NCBI GenBank assembly: GCA_964247055.1
Contig: OZ176053.1
Coordinates: forward strand, 9,238,001-9,302,000
DNA length: 64,000 nt
DNA from: Paragordius varius
Taxonomy: Eukaryota; Animalia; Nematomorpha
Reading direction: 5' to 3'
Both the position numbers and the translations under genes were made by a program. A model generated the notes under the pieces. The model was not told the origin of the DNA. It worked only from the letters and a program-made list of their open reading frames with translations, and did no database searches. Shown in pieces: positions 45,387 through 60,300 of the stretch. Each line of letters opens with the position of its first letter. Positions within the stretch are counted from its first letter, which is position 1.

Positions 45387-48300
45387 TTATAATCGATCAT
45401 CTGGTTCTTCCCTAATTTTTTCCAAATTTTGAATGGTTTTGTCTTTAAATTCTTGTGGATCCACTTGAGCATCAGAAGGTGAGTCTTTATTAGTAAAACG
45501 GACCTTCCTAGCAGACAAAGATGTTTCAGCCATCGATCCTTCATCCATTTCGAATCCTAAGTTAAATAATAAATATCATTTATTGGTTTATTTATCAGGC
45601 TTGTCAAAATGTATATATATATTATATTATATATTACAGTTTAGAGTCTCTTTTTTCCTTTTTTATTAAAGGGTAAGGAAAAATGTATAAATTACTAAAA
45701 ATAAAAATATAGGAGTATTTTACATATTTATCTTTACCTTGATTTTTGTTTTATCTACAGTTGTTTTAATTTATTCTAAAATAATTAAATGGTATAACCC
45801 TTGTTTGTTTGAGATGGCACAGGTTCAGAGATTGCCTGATTGGACATTGGATGTTCTTCAGGAATCGTCGAAATCTATTTAAACTATTATTTATAAAATT
45901 ACTTTATTTAAAGCTGGTGATACAGTGGCTCTCCGGGCTTGAGAAGCTATTTGTAAAAAGTTTGAAATACAACCAAATATTTTTTAAATTCTTAGAAATG
46001 TTGGCGAAATTTAAAATTAAATAGAAGAATATACATGCAATCTTAATATTTCCATTCGTCAACGTGGTGGATTTACGACGATTTATATCTACCGCTTCAT
46101 CTGTACTTCTCCTCTCATGTCCCTATAAATATGAATCGAATTTTATATTGTTTAGAAAGTTATATATTACCGGAATTAGATTTGTGAATTTAGTTGAATA
46201 TCTTCTGAAAGTTTTGGACACATTTTCAGGTAACTTGGTTTTTCTAGCAAAATCTAAAGAAAAATATAATTTTGCATTCAGGGCCTCAAACCGGTTTTAA
46301 AAGTGTAACTGGAACTGGATGATTCCTGATAAAGTAGAAACCGAACCGGGTTGGTTCCAACCCAACGGAACCGGTTTATTCCTAAACAGAAACCAGGTTC
46401 CGGTTTGAAGCCCTGATTGAAATAACTATATTAAGTATTTAGTCATACTCACTTTCAATAATTCGTGATGGTGGCCTGTATGCCCTCTCTGCATGTTGTT
46501 TTTGGAATTCTTCCAGTGCGTCCTCATCATCAAATATATCTTGCCGACTGAATCTATGCAGCTGTAAAAGCAGATTTTATATCAATGATTTATGTCAATG
46601 GCACAAATATATAGCATAAAACAAAAAAATTAATAGTAAAAAATTCACCCTATAACCTAAAAACCGCGATTACACACGCTATGTACTTTGTTAAATTATT
46701 ATTTGGATTAATGTATTTTTCAATTTCGCTCACCTGTACTTTCCGTTTCTGTAAAAGATCACCCATTAAGACATGCCACTTGTCTGAAACATGCTGCGCG
46801 TATGCCGGATCCATTTGAGAAGTGTCAACAATAGGTAAATCAATAGAAGGACGATGAGCTTTTTTGATTCTCCTAAAATATTTAAATATAAAATTTACAG
46901 CGATATTATATTTATCACAAATGCATATGTACAGGGGGAGTTGTATTATTTTAAAAACATATAAATGGTCATATTTAAATTAAATATAATACATATTTAT
47001 TTACTTAATATCTTTTTTGAGATTTTCGGCATCACCACCATATTGTTGTAATAGATTACCAGCTTCTTCCAAATTTAATTTCTTACAAACTTTGAGCAAT
47101 TTATCTTCACGATGAGCCACTTCTTTCATAAGGTAGGGGCGTATGTAATTAATTTGAAACAATTCAATCCTAAATATTATTGTAATCAAAAATAGGTTTT
47201 AGACATAGAGCCAACGTTATTTAGTTATAAGGATCAAATTGTGTAAACATTGTTGTACATTAGGTTTCTGTAAGTGTTAACCGCGTTCAATGATACTACA
47301 TAATATTTTATTATGAAAATATATAACCAATAATCTGTTTAAAAAATATAGTGTCCATTAACACTGAAAACTATTTTAATCGTTTAAATATATATATATA
47401 ACAGAATTTATCTATTAGTTTATTTGTGTATAGATTCGACCAAGAGCCTATTAGTTATGGTTAAACTAATGTTTTAAATCCTAGTTCCTTACAAATTTAA
47501 TGAAACTATTTTCATTAAATTTGTATTTTTATGGCCCAAAGTTTATTAATAGCATTTGCCAAATGGTGGTTTCTCCTACAGTCCTCATATTGCAATGTCT
47601 TTTTAACGGTGTAAAGATTATTAATCCATTCTCAAAAGCCATCCTCTTATTAAACTTAACTATTAAATATTACATAATGGTGGAACTTTGCAAATATATT
47701 GATATATAAAGTATGAATGACACAATAAACTAGATATTATAGTCTATCAATGATTTATTGAAAGATTTTTGATTGCTTTTGAATGCGGACCCGTTATTCT
47801 TTATAAAGTTGGCAAACATCAACAAATATTGAAAAAATTTATTAATATACTTGTCTCTTATGCGATTTTTTCCTTGTCGTCCCAAAACATCCTCGATACC
47901 AGATAAAATATGATCTATTACCTATCATGTTATAATAAAACTTACTCTTGCGAACAGAATACGTTCTAACGTTTGTTCTTTTTGTTGAGCTTTGCGAACT
48001 CTTAGTAATTCAACCAGAGGCCTGATTGTCATTCCCTGGAAAAAATATATAGATTTAGAAAGAAATATCTTTATTATTATTTAGCTAAATATTTAAAGGA
48101 TTTTATAACATTCTCAATGAAGGCGTGGTTATGGCAGTGAGCTTTACACTGTCAACCGGGCATTACTTTAACGTTTCTTATTATTACTATTTAGGTGATC
48201 GGAAAAAAAAGAATTTAAAACAGGGATGTCCAACACAAATGGGTTCGCGGGCTGCATTCGCAATTTTACAGCCAACGAATTTTCAATTTTACTTGGATTT

Positions 48301-51300
48301 TGCAAATAACTTTTTTTTTATAAAATTTTTTGGTATTTTTTGAAATTTCTCGTTGACTCTAGTTTTATTGCGGAGGACCGCGTGTTTACCACCCCTGCAA
48401 AATGAATATTACAATAATAATATTATTGTAGGTCGATAAAGATACACGTTTTTATTTACTTGTAATATTTACCTGAAAAAAGGATGTAAATATCACTATA
48501 AACATTGTGGTGGTTACAAACATACGTTTTACATGTTGACCCATTACCCTTTCATCTAAAAGTAACGCTAATGAAAAGGCGATTGCACCCCGCAATCCCC
48601 CATATATCAAGATCAGAATGTCAACTTTGTTGAGTTTTGCCAGGCGATAGCGATTAACCCATGGAATTAGTATTAATATGCCTAAAATCATTCATTTTTC
48701 AATACATATATTTTTAATTTTTTATATAAATTCGCATTTTTAGTCACAATAAATTTTTAATATTATTATTATTATTTAAATATGCCATCTCACTTTTTGA
48801 TACATTTAAAATATTTAAACTTTTAATATGCATATATAAAATAAGGAGTTAAATGAAGAAAAGAAGTTATGAATGAGTGCAAGCCCAAATTTTCATTAAA
48901 TATATATTTCTGATAAAAAAGAATCATTATTTTCACCTTTTGGTTTTAGGCCTTACGAGTGAAAAATAAAATACACACATTAATTTCATATCAAAAAACG
49001 GTAATTGCATACATTATGCTAAATAAGTTTTTTGTAAAGGCTCGATGCTTTATTTCAAAATCATTCGAATACATCTGTAGGCTTTAATTAAAAAGAAAAA
49101 AACATTTATATATTATTGTTCGATGTGAGCTCTTGCCAGTTATTGTAAAATAAACATAAAAAAGGTTAAAAATGCGCGATTATATGATCAAAATTAAAAC
49201 TTTGTAAAAAATAAATATATTGATAACTTTGTTGAAGCTTTTTTTGAATTTTGAGGCATAGTACTTAAAACTCATTCATTTTTAATATGCCGCTATACGA
49301 CAGAATTTCGATAAATACATTGGTCCATCTTCATAAATATCTGTTCATACAAATACACTTTATTCTGCAGATGATGAAATGGTTTAATTAAAATTTTAAA
49401 GTGATAGATAGTACAGTGGTTCCCAAAAGGGTGGCGTACAAAAATCTGAAATGGAGGGGGCAAAAAAATTGGTTCGATAATTGGATTATTTAATATTTAT
49501 CTTTTATTATAAAGTTACAGTACTGGAATGTAATCATTGTTAGATTGATAAAGTCACATATATTGTATGTAATATTTTTTCTTTTAATTATTTCCACTAA
49601 TATATTGATGTAATGAGGATTTCATGTGGAAATTATCAAGATTTGTTTTCATGGAAAAAATATGTTTATGGGTGTTCAGTAATTTGATTATTTTCATTAA
49701 TAATGAAAAAACTATGAATAATACGACAGCGAAATTTTATTTAATAAGTTTTTATAAACCCTAATGCACAAAATTATTTATAATAAATATGGAAATACAA
49801 TAAGTGAAGAAATCTTTTCTAAAATTTAACTAATGTGGCAATATGTCACAAAAATAATGAAGTTTCTTCAAAAAACCGCCTTAAAAAATTCAATTACAAA
49901 AGAATGAAGTAGATGATTTTTATTAATGGGAGCGTATTTTAAGTTGAGTATATGGATAAAAAATTTTTCTATATAATTCGATGTAAAAAATTCAATCCTC
50001 CTATTTTTTATAGGTTTTCCTCAAACTTTTATGTATTTTGGCGACACACGGGTTCGTGTATAAAGATATTCATAATTAAAAGTTCATCGAATATATTTTG
50101 AAAAATATTTTTTACATATATATTATAGGTAAAATAGGCTATTCTATTATGAAAATAAAATAATCGTATTTGAGTAAATGCATTTAAAGTTATCTATACC
50201 GCATAATCACAATTTTTGGTACAAATATCACGCCATTGCGATTTATTAGCTATTAGGCTTGTGATATCAAGAACTTTTTGCATAATTAAATTTAGCTTTG
50301 AATGTTATATTTATGACACGTATAATATGGGAAATAGAGTTTATCGGGCTTTTTCCAATAATATTTTCGACATAAATTCAAAAAAATGCTAAATTAGTTT
50401 TATAGTAAAAAAAATTAAAATAACTTTCTTCTAGTATTTTTACCCAAATTATTTAGCACATCCCACAGAATATTAACTTTATAATTAAATTTCCATTTTC
50501 AAATACAACAAATATATGGAAACTTTTATCTTCATATCATATAATGAATGTATTTTGGAATAGCGTAAATTTTATTATATAAACATGATAAGTATAAATT
50601 GATTACCTACAGCTCTAAAAACTAAACAAAAGAGCAAGGTTAATAAGGCAAATGCGGTGTTCCATACATGAACATCAACGACGGTGGATAGCCCGAGAAA
50701 CAAAAATATAATGCTTTCACAAACACTACTGACAGTTTTCATAGTATATTTTACAGTTATTGCAGAGTTGGGAGCTATATTGGCTTCAACGTATTTGCGC
50801 ATTGTCAATCCACAAAACACTATTCTGTGAAATAGTCAAACATAATATTATTTAGACCATAAATATACATTCGCATTAATAAAATTAGTTTTGATTGCAA
50901 ATTAAGTAGTAAAAAAAGTGTTTGTTAATATCAACAAAAATATTAATATACAGTTATACAAACAAAAATATAAAAATAAAATATATTTTTTTAAAAGACA
51001 AGCAATTGTTTTAAACTTGATTTATAAATATTCATTGTTTTAAATTGAAAAGTATGAAACAGAGAAATTGCTATGACAATCAATTATATATATATATATA
51101 TATACAATATTTAAATGTTTATAAAAAAAATTAAGAATTAAAAGGTATTGTTGACTTTTAAGAAAAATATTTGTGTTAATATTTTTAACTTTTGTCCGTA
51201 TAATTTCAATTTTTCTATATTTTTCCAATTAACCTGTGTAATTGGTTCATATATTTTATTATCAGATCAGATGGGTTCACAGCATAAATACATGAATTTT

Positions 51301-54300
51301 TTGCTATCAAAGTTTAATAAATTGGCTTAGCCTTATTCATATTTTGATATCGAAGGCGTATTTTAGTTACCAACTTGATAATGACATAATTATTTAAATA
51401 TGAAAATATCTTAAAATATTTTGATTGGCTAAATAAAAGTAAAGAATTTAGTTGACATCATTCATTGTGCATATAGAGGTCATATGGGTAATATATCAAA
51501 AATAAGGCCTTGATATTTTACAAACACTAGACAACAAATTTTGACTTTTAAAGTGCCATTCTTGTTAAATTTAAAATTTATTTTATAAAAATAAATAAAG
51601 TATATATGATTGGTTCAACACCTAAGAATTTTTTACTATTAGAGTTTATCGAAAATTTTTGGTTATAGAGCCATCATTCGAAAAAACGCAACGAATCTTT
51701 CAAATGGTAGTTTTCCATTTAAATCAATCTGATATAAAAGTTAATTGGGTTTGTATGGTCATAATTTTCAACTCTTAAATTGGTCAAATTTAACAGACAA
51801 ACGAATATATAAATCATATAAATTATTTTAATATATTTATTAGGTTTACATTAGTATTAAAATTAGAAACAACTTTGAAAAATATTTCGCTTTTTTAAAA
51901 AATATTCTTACCAATTATTTTACCTAGTGGATACTAAAATGCATAGCTCTGACTGTAAATTTATTACAAAATGGCTATAAAAGAACAAAAATACATTAAA
52001 ATTTTTATAAGTCTTTGAAATTATAAGACTTTTAAAGTATTTATCATAGATATGATGGTATTTAAATAAAACAAAATTAAAAAACGGCTGTTTTAATTGA
52101 CATAAAAGCAATAAATGAGCGTTTTAATCAAAATTATTTCTGTGTTATCTTTTTTAGACATTCATTGCTGCTACAAAAGTTTAAGCTATTTTCATACATT
52201 AGTTTTAAAAATATATTAAGAAAAACGGTCTAGCTTCACGGGTTTGTGGCTTCTATTAATTATCGATGTAAAACATATTAGTGTGCATTTTATAGAGTTT
52301 TCATGACTTTTCGAATGCTATAATACAGATGGGCATTTATTGTATATTTCCAAAGAAAAATATTTTTTAGTAAAATTTTGATAAAGAGGGCGCATAAACT
52401 TAAAAAATCATATTAAAATTCTTAGGTGGAATAATAATTTTTATTTCAGATTTACTCTTAAAATGATAGTAAATATCAGAAAATGCAAAAACTCCAGTGG
52501 CAAACAATTTTGTTGTCTAGTATAATTTCCCTACTTTATTAAATAAAAATGTTTTACATATTTTGCCGGCTTTTGATTTATACCAGAAGTAAGGTGAAAA
52601 TAGGATTTGGTCTTGGTTATAAATGCATTCCTGACCGTATATATCATAGTTTTATTGATTAGACAAAAAATACCTATCTTACGCGATATAATATAATATA
52701 AATGGCATTTTAATATTGCCATTTGTTATAAGGCATTTAATTGGTTAGATTTGCATTTAATATAAATTTGTTTTTGCTATAATGATTGTTAGCTCTCAAA
52801 CGGTCATTTAACAATATAGGTAGAACTAGGTTCTACCAACATAAATAAATAGTTTTTAACCCTTGAATTATATTAATTTTTTTACATCAAGATTTTGGTG
52901 TTTTTCATTTGATCGCAAAGTATTTTGCCAACAAATGTTTATCTACCACGTTTTTATTATATAAACCTAAATTGGCTCATATTTTAATAAATATTTCATA
53001 TGTGTATTTTATGTATATTTGCAATTTCAATTATTTCAACTTATGAAGCTAAATTCCTGGGCCATTTATAAATATATGGTCATATTTTTAATCAAATGAT
53101 CAGTTGTATGTTGGCAACTATTTTCAACTCTAACTTTGCTTTTTACTAGTTGGGTATTTTGAAACTAAATATTTTAACCAGACACACACTTTATAACAAT
53201 TTTTATCGATGATGTTATCCTTATGTCAAAGGTTTTTAATAAAATTTTTGATGACAAAATATAAAATAGTAATATTCGTAATAATATTATACAGCTCCTC
53301 TCATTACTCACCTTTATGTTGAATCCTTTAACTATTATTTCGTCAATTCACCAGAAAATATTAATTATTCCATATATTTAAATTAATTAAATACTTACGC
53401 TAAAATTCCGGAAAGTTTGAACATATCAGCCACAAGATATGACAAATAAGCTAACAGGAATACAAATATTGGTTCAATGATCCTCACTTTGTGCGTGTAT
53501 CTATTAGTTATTATTCAAATTATATATAGGCATTATGAGATTATAAGAGAGTAACAAAAATTATTATCAATCATATATCGTTCAATGGCTAGAAACTTCA
53601 GAGTCAGTATTGAGATAATAAATGCAGTTAAAATACAAAAAATATTATTTAAGTTTTCTTCTAGCCAAAATCAATAAAATCGCATAGTCGCACATTCTGA
53701 TTTAATCAAATACGACAGAGCGGGTCAATTATATTTCATTTGTTAATATGTATAATACAGATGATCTAAGCACAAAATACAATAAAAAGTTTTAAGACCG
53801 TTTTGACGGACTTAAAGGAATAAAAGCTAAAAATGGCACTTTTATGTCAGATTTGTATAATAAAGCTAGATATTATACGGTAAAATATTTATTATAACTA
53901 TCAGATACTTGCTATATATATATAAAACCCAATTCATCGTGTGTGAAAAAATCATTTTAGCTTTATATAAAAAGATATCTATATTAATAAAAATTGAAAA
54001 TGTGGCTTTGTGATCTGTTTCCGCTAAACCGGTTGTTGTTGTTGTTGTTGAGCTTGTAGTCGGTTATCGACCATTAGCGATTTTGTAGGAAAACTTCCTC
54101 CATTCGGTTCTGTCGTGAGCTTTTTGAGATAGTTTTTGCAGTGACAATTTGGAAAGTGATAAGATTTCGTCTACCCAGCGAATACGTCTGCGGCCTCTTC
54201 CTCTCTTACCATTTACTTTTCCTAACATAATATCCTTTTCCAAAGAATTGCCCCGAATAATGTGTCCAAAGTAACCGAATTTTTGTTTTATTATTTTACC

Positions 54301-57300
54301 CCGAAGCGTTGTTTGTGCGTTAATTTTATTTACAATGTCGATATTCTTTATTTTGTCCTTCCATGTTATACCAAGTATCTTTCTCCAGCAAAACATTTCA
54401 AACGCGTTTATTCTTTTTTCGTCTTCACTTTTGATAGTCCAGCTTTCACACCCGTATAACATGATAGGAAAGATTAATGCATTTACTAGTCGGATTTTTG
54501 TTTTAAGGGTTATGTCATGAGATTTCCATAACTTGTAGTGTGAGGATAGAGCGCATTTGGCGATAGCTATGCGTCTTCTTATTTCTTGGGAACTGGAGCT
54601 TAAGTTGTTGATTATGCTTCCAAGGTATGTGTATTCGTTGACTACTTGAATTGTTTCGCCATTAATCCGAAGCGAGTCATAGGAATGAGGGGAGTTGATA
54701 TGTAAAATTTTAGTTTTGTTGAGGTTTAATGTAAGATTGTATTTTTTGCACACATTTATAAAAGTTCGGAGACTGTTTTCGAGGTTTGTTTGTGAATTTG
54801 CTAAGATAACCGTGTCGTCTGCGTAGTGGAGAGTCGTCAGAGTGTGACCCCCTACTTTTATTCCTGGCAGATTTAGATCCCTCATGATACATTCCAAATA
54901 TATGTTGAACAACATGGGGGATAAAATGCAGCCTTGACGCAAACCTATGTTCATTGGGCTCCAAGAGGTTGGGCCATGCGGGGTGTTAAGTGATAGGTAG
55001 GAGTTGGAGTATATGGATTTAATTAGTTTGATTAAGTGATCGGAAACTCCTATTTGTTTAAGGGCCTTCCAGAGAATGTCATGTTGAACGGTATCGAAGG
55101 CTTTAGAGAAATCCACGAAACATAGGTGTAGCTCATTTTGGAATTCACAGTTTTTTTCCATTATCCATCTAAGGTTTGAGATCATGTCTCGGCATCCTCT
55201 TTTTTCTCTAAAGCCTGCCTGTGTCATTGATATTTCCGGTTTGACATATGGTTGTAGACGGTTTTGTATTATTTTTAGGAAAACCTTTGAGGTTTGATTG
55301 ATCAATGCTATTGTACGGTAATTTTCACATAGTTTAGGATCGCCCTTTTTGAATATAGGGACCACTAGTGATTTGTTCCAGTCCGTCGGGAATGTCGCCT
55401 CGTTGAAAATTTTTTGAAATAACGAAAGAATTAATTTTATGGGAATGTGTCTTTGTAACTCGGTAGGGATATCATTGAATCCTTCTGCTTTGCCGGTTGA
55501 TGAATGCTTCAGGGCCCATTCAATTTCTTCTTTTAGTATAGGAGGGTCATAAGTTTGTTCAGAGTTCATGGCAGTTATATTTGATTGTTTTGAGAATAAA
55601 TTTTGGATGTATTCTTCCCAGAGTTTAATTACTCCTTTTTTATCGGTTAGAAGTTTTCCGTTTGAATGAGACATAGGACCTTTGTATATTTGTTTTTTGC
55701 GCGGTTGAATGTCTTTAATATAAGAGAAATAGTTGTGATTAAATTTAGCAGCTTGCTCGAGGTTAGCGCAGATAGTATTATAATGAGATTCTTTGTCAAA
55801 TCTTATGCTTTTTTATAGTTCATTATTAATATTTTTGTACTCAAGGGAAGTGCCCTTGGATTTTGCTACTCTTCTCTGTTCAATTAGGTCGATGCTTTGT
55901 TGTGATATGGTGAATTTTTTGTTTTTTGTTGTGGCGGGCGGTATATATTCTTTAGCTGTTTCGATGGTAATTTTGTGAATAGTAGACCAAAGATCATCTG
56001 TGTTCAATGTTTCGTATTTTAGGGATTCAAATTTATTGTTAAGGATTGGAGTAAAATCGGCAGGTATAAGTTTGTAGTTCAATTTAGTTTTGGAAAAGTT
56101 TTTTTGCGGCTGAGGAAGTTGTAGCTTTATTTTGATCTTGGCCATTAATAGGTTATGATCTGAGTTGCAGTCTGCACTCGAGTAGCACCGGATGTTTTGA
56201 AATGAGCTTTTGTATTTTTGCATTCCTAATATGTAATCTATCTGATTCCTGTGTTTACGACACGGTGAGGTCCAGGTGTAGAGCCGTCTCTTAGGTTGTT
56301 TGAAAAACGTGTTCTCTATAAAGAGATTGTTTTGTTGGCAAAAATCAATTAGCCTTTCACCACGGGGGTTTTTCACTTTACCAAGGCCTTTTCCACCGGT
56401 GACCTTGTCTGTTTTATCGTTAGCTATGATAGCGTTAAAATCGCCGATGATGAAAGTTATGTCTTTCTTGGATGTTTCACAGAGAGCCATTTGTAAATCA
56501 TTATAGAACTTTTCACATTCGTCTTCGGGTGAAACACTCGTAGGGGCATAAATTTGATATATTGTTATAGCCTGGGGTCTGGTGTTGATTCGTAGGGATA
56601 TAATACGATCGGAGATAGGTCTATATATATCAGTATGTTTGGCAAGATTATTCGATATTAAGAAACCGCATCCATTTCGTTTGAGTTCCCCGCCAGAGTT
56701 ATAAAACGAGTAATTGTCGTATGTTTTGTGTGAGTTATGTTGCATATGAGTCTCCGACAGCCCTAACACATGGATGTTTAAACGTTTCATTTCGCGAATT
56801 ATTATATCCAATTTGTTATCTGAAGTCCCACGGGTATTCCAGGTGGCCATATTTAATTCTAAATTACGGGAGCTTATTTTAGAATTATGGCTTTCCATGT
56901 AGGAATTTAGTTTAGTGGTGGTGTATTGAAATATAGGAATAAATAGAAAGAATCAGTATGATATGTCCACTGATGTTTAAGAATGGTTTTTAGGGAATGA
57001 AATTGTCGATGAAAATTTTGGAGTTGTATGTTCTGTAGAAATAATTCATGTGAGATTATAATTCTGAGTGATATAATTTCTTCCGGATAATAAAAGTGAT
57101 AATAAATTGATGAAGATAATGAGATAAATTCTGTTTATCACCGAATGTGAACAAGATTTCCTATAAAATCAAAAGGTACGCGCATCTCGGGAGTGAACAT
57201 ACCAAGTTCTTCTCCGCGCCTGTAGCCGATCATGAAAAAGTATATGCTAAACCGGTAGACCCATTCTCCAAATGTCGAAAAAATATAATCATTAATAAAT

Positions 57301-60300
57301 GCCTCGACAATAGCTTTGCCCTTTTTTGAAATAGACCCCCAGTTCGGGCCCACCCCGTGTAAAAAACGGATTTTTTTGAAAAGAAGTCCACAAAAATCGT
57401 GTCTTTGAGAGTATTTCCGGAAAACGTGTTGGACCATTCGATTTCAAATATTAATTATTTCCAATTGCGCCGAACATAGTGGGCCCGCTTTTTTAATTTA
57501 GGTCCTCTTTTTACCCGCTCCCCCCGTAAAATGCCATTTTTTTAAAAAAAAACCAAGTCCACAAAAATAATTTTTTGAATCTATTTTTCGTCCAAAGTGA
57601 GACAGTAAAAATTTAATAAGGATTCCAGGTATTCCATGTTTAAAGGTAAAAAGTAGTCAAGCATTTCTTTGATGATAGCTGCCGAGTAAGGAGATACCCG
57701 CTAAAAACTGACCCGTCACATCGAAATAGCATGCTTTTGGGGCTAAATTTCAGAAAACCTCTCAGGCCATATTAGTTCAATAGCTGCTTAAAATATTACG
57801 CGTAACAAGGCAAAAATTTACGTCGTGCGGTTTTTTAAAATTAATCGTTAATTAGGCCCTTCACGCCCTGAAAAATGCGCCACCATAGAATGATTTTTCA
57901 GTTTTGAAGCAGAGCATATGGAATCAATTATGATTCCAGGTTTTCTCGGTAAAAAGGCAAAAATTTTAATCTAGCGCTTTTTCTGTACCAGCCTTTGGGT
58001 AGGAAGCTACCCTCCTAAAACTGCGCCACCATATCGAAATTGCGTTGTTTAGGAGTTAATTTTCAGAAAAATTATCAGGCTATTTAAATTTAATAAGTGC
58101 CTGAAATATACCCGTCAAAGGCAAAAATTTAAGTCGAGCGTTTTTTTCCAATTAGCCTTTAATTAAGCCCCTTTACGCCTTGAAAAATGCGCTATCATTG
58201 AGCTATTATTTAGTTTTGAAGCCATTCTTCAAAAAACTAAGAATATATGGAATAATGATGATTCCAGGTATTTATAGAGCGTCTTTTTAATATTGGCCTC
58301 TGGGTAGGGGCCTACTCACCAACAACTGCGCCACCTCGATACAGCGTGACTTTGGAGGCAAATATTAGAAAACTTATAAGGCCATACGAGTAAGGGCTTG
58401 AAATATTACCCGTAAGGCAAATTTAAGTGGAGCGGTTTTAGTAAATTACCCTTAATTAGACCCTGGCCCTGAAAAATACGACACCATAGAATGACTTTTT
58501 GGTTTTGAGGCAATTTTTCGAAAATTCCACTAGAGCATATGGAATCAATTATGATTCCAGGTATTATCCGAATTAAGGCAAAAATTTTAATCGAGCGTTT
58601 TTTTGTTTCGCCCCTGGTTAGGGGGCTACCCGCGTAAAACTGCGTCACCATATCGATACAGCATGTCTTTGGAGCCAAATTTCAGAACATCTATGAGACG
58701 AATAGGAACATATAGAATCCATAATATTTCCAGACATTCCCCATATAAAGGCGAAAAATTTGCCTCGCTTTTATTATACCTGCTCCTGGGTAAGGAGCCC
58801 GCCAAAAATTCCACTACTATACAGAAAGTGCGTTGTTTTGGAGCTAACTTACAGAAAATTTATGAAGCCATAAGAGCTTATTAAAAGCATAAAATATAAG
58901 CCGCAACTAGGTAAAAAGTCAAGTTTTTTATTGGCCGTTAATTTGGGGCTTTTATGCCCTAAAAATACACCATTACATAATGATTATTTGGTGTTGAGGT
59001 ATTTTTTCGAATAACCCATGAGACGATGGTATCAAAGATTATTCCAAATATTTTCCATATAAAGTCAAAGAATCTAACTCAGCGCTTTTCCATATATGTC
59101 TATGGGTAGGAGTCTACCGAATTATTCTTTTACGGGTTTTTGCATAGGCTCAAATATTGTTTACTCGAAATTTAACATATTTAAACTGTCCCTTTTGTTC
59201 GACGCCAGCTTAATTTCTTAAGTCTACTAGAGACACTATATTATATATATGAATTATCGATAATATTTTGCGCTTATTATCAGCATGTTTTATACTAACA
59301 AATAAAAAGTTGACGAATTTTCTTTTATCGTATTTAATTTAGTTTAATCTATATGCGATAAAAATGCTTTTATTTGATCTGGCTAACAGCAGAAAAAATG
59401 AAATAACTTTTTAGTAAGCATAAACCATATATCATTTTGATATTCACTACCCTAAGGCTTTTAGCTATAAAATGATATATGATTCATAATTCATTTTTTG
59501 AGCCCCATGCTTGCAGAGTGTTATTATAAGTACTTACTTGGTAATCCATCCCGTAAATAAACCAAAACATATTCCAATCAGCGTCCCACCGAAAGCCACT
59601 ACGAAAAATGATATAACACCAAATATTATATCCCGTTTTATAATGTTGGAAAACCCGATTTCACTAAACGATCCAAACATATTGTAAAGTACCTATTTAT
59701 ATAAAATTTAATATTAATATATTATTAATCAGGTATTGTTAAGAGTTAAAAGGTTTACTCTAAGTTGTATTTTTGCCTTATTGAGGTAGACATAACCTAA
59801 AAGTTTGGATTTATATTACTATAATTCATCGCGACAAAAAATAATGTGATATAAATATAAGTTGGTTCATCTTAAAAATAACGTCAGATCTAATAAAAAT
59901 CTATCTTTAAAGCTTAGTTGTATGATAAAATTAAAATAATACGTTGCCAAAATTTTAATTATTTACATAAAATAAAATACGAGTTAGCCTAAAAATATTG
60001 TGGATTATAAAAACTTAGCCCCACCAAATGTCACTTGCATCTTATTAAACTTTGTTCTTACCTAGGAACAGTCAAGTTTGACTACGATTCGCGAATCTAA
60101 TAATGAATTAAAATGTCGTACGTTATCCGGGAAAATGTTTATATTTTCTAAAAAAGGGTTTTTCAAACAAAGAATGGGCCTCGAATCAGTAGATGACAAA
60201 AAAATGCAGCTATAATCGGGACATTCATAAATGATTGGGGTCAAAATCCAATAAAAAATGTCTAAAGATCAATTACAATACAATCAAATTAATATAGATA

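Larger units (their letters stand above)
53978..59230 (+). mobile_element. Second Helitron copy, split by the RTE insertion; 3' hairpin missing
   Basis: A|TCTATATTAATAAAAATTGAAAATGTGGCTTTGTGATCTGTTTCCGCTAAACCGG at 53978 matches the 5' end of the 39086-41060 copy. It resumes at 57246 (GCTAAACCGGTAGACCCATT) and runs through the satellite units to ~59190. The 3' end is uncertain; there is a CTAG at 59227-59230 without a GC-rich hairpin. Confidence 0.85.

Noticed and set aside
55675-55815. Two-ORF retrotransposon or programmed readthrough between EN and RT
   Set aside because: Same frame, the linker resembles normal RTE sequence, and RTE elements have one ORF. A point nonsense mutation or sequencing error is simpler.
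59221-59236. CTAG at 59227 as a canonical Helitron 3' end
   Set aside because: It is followed by A rather than T and lacks the GC-rich hairpin of the sister copy, so it is used only as an approximate boundary.
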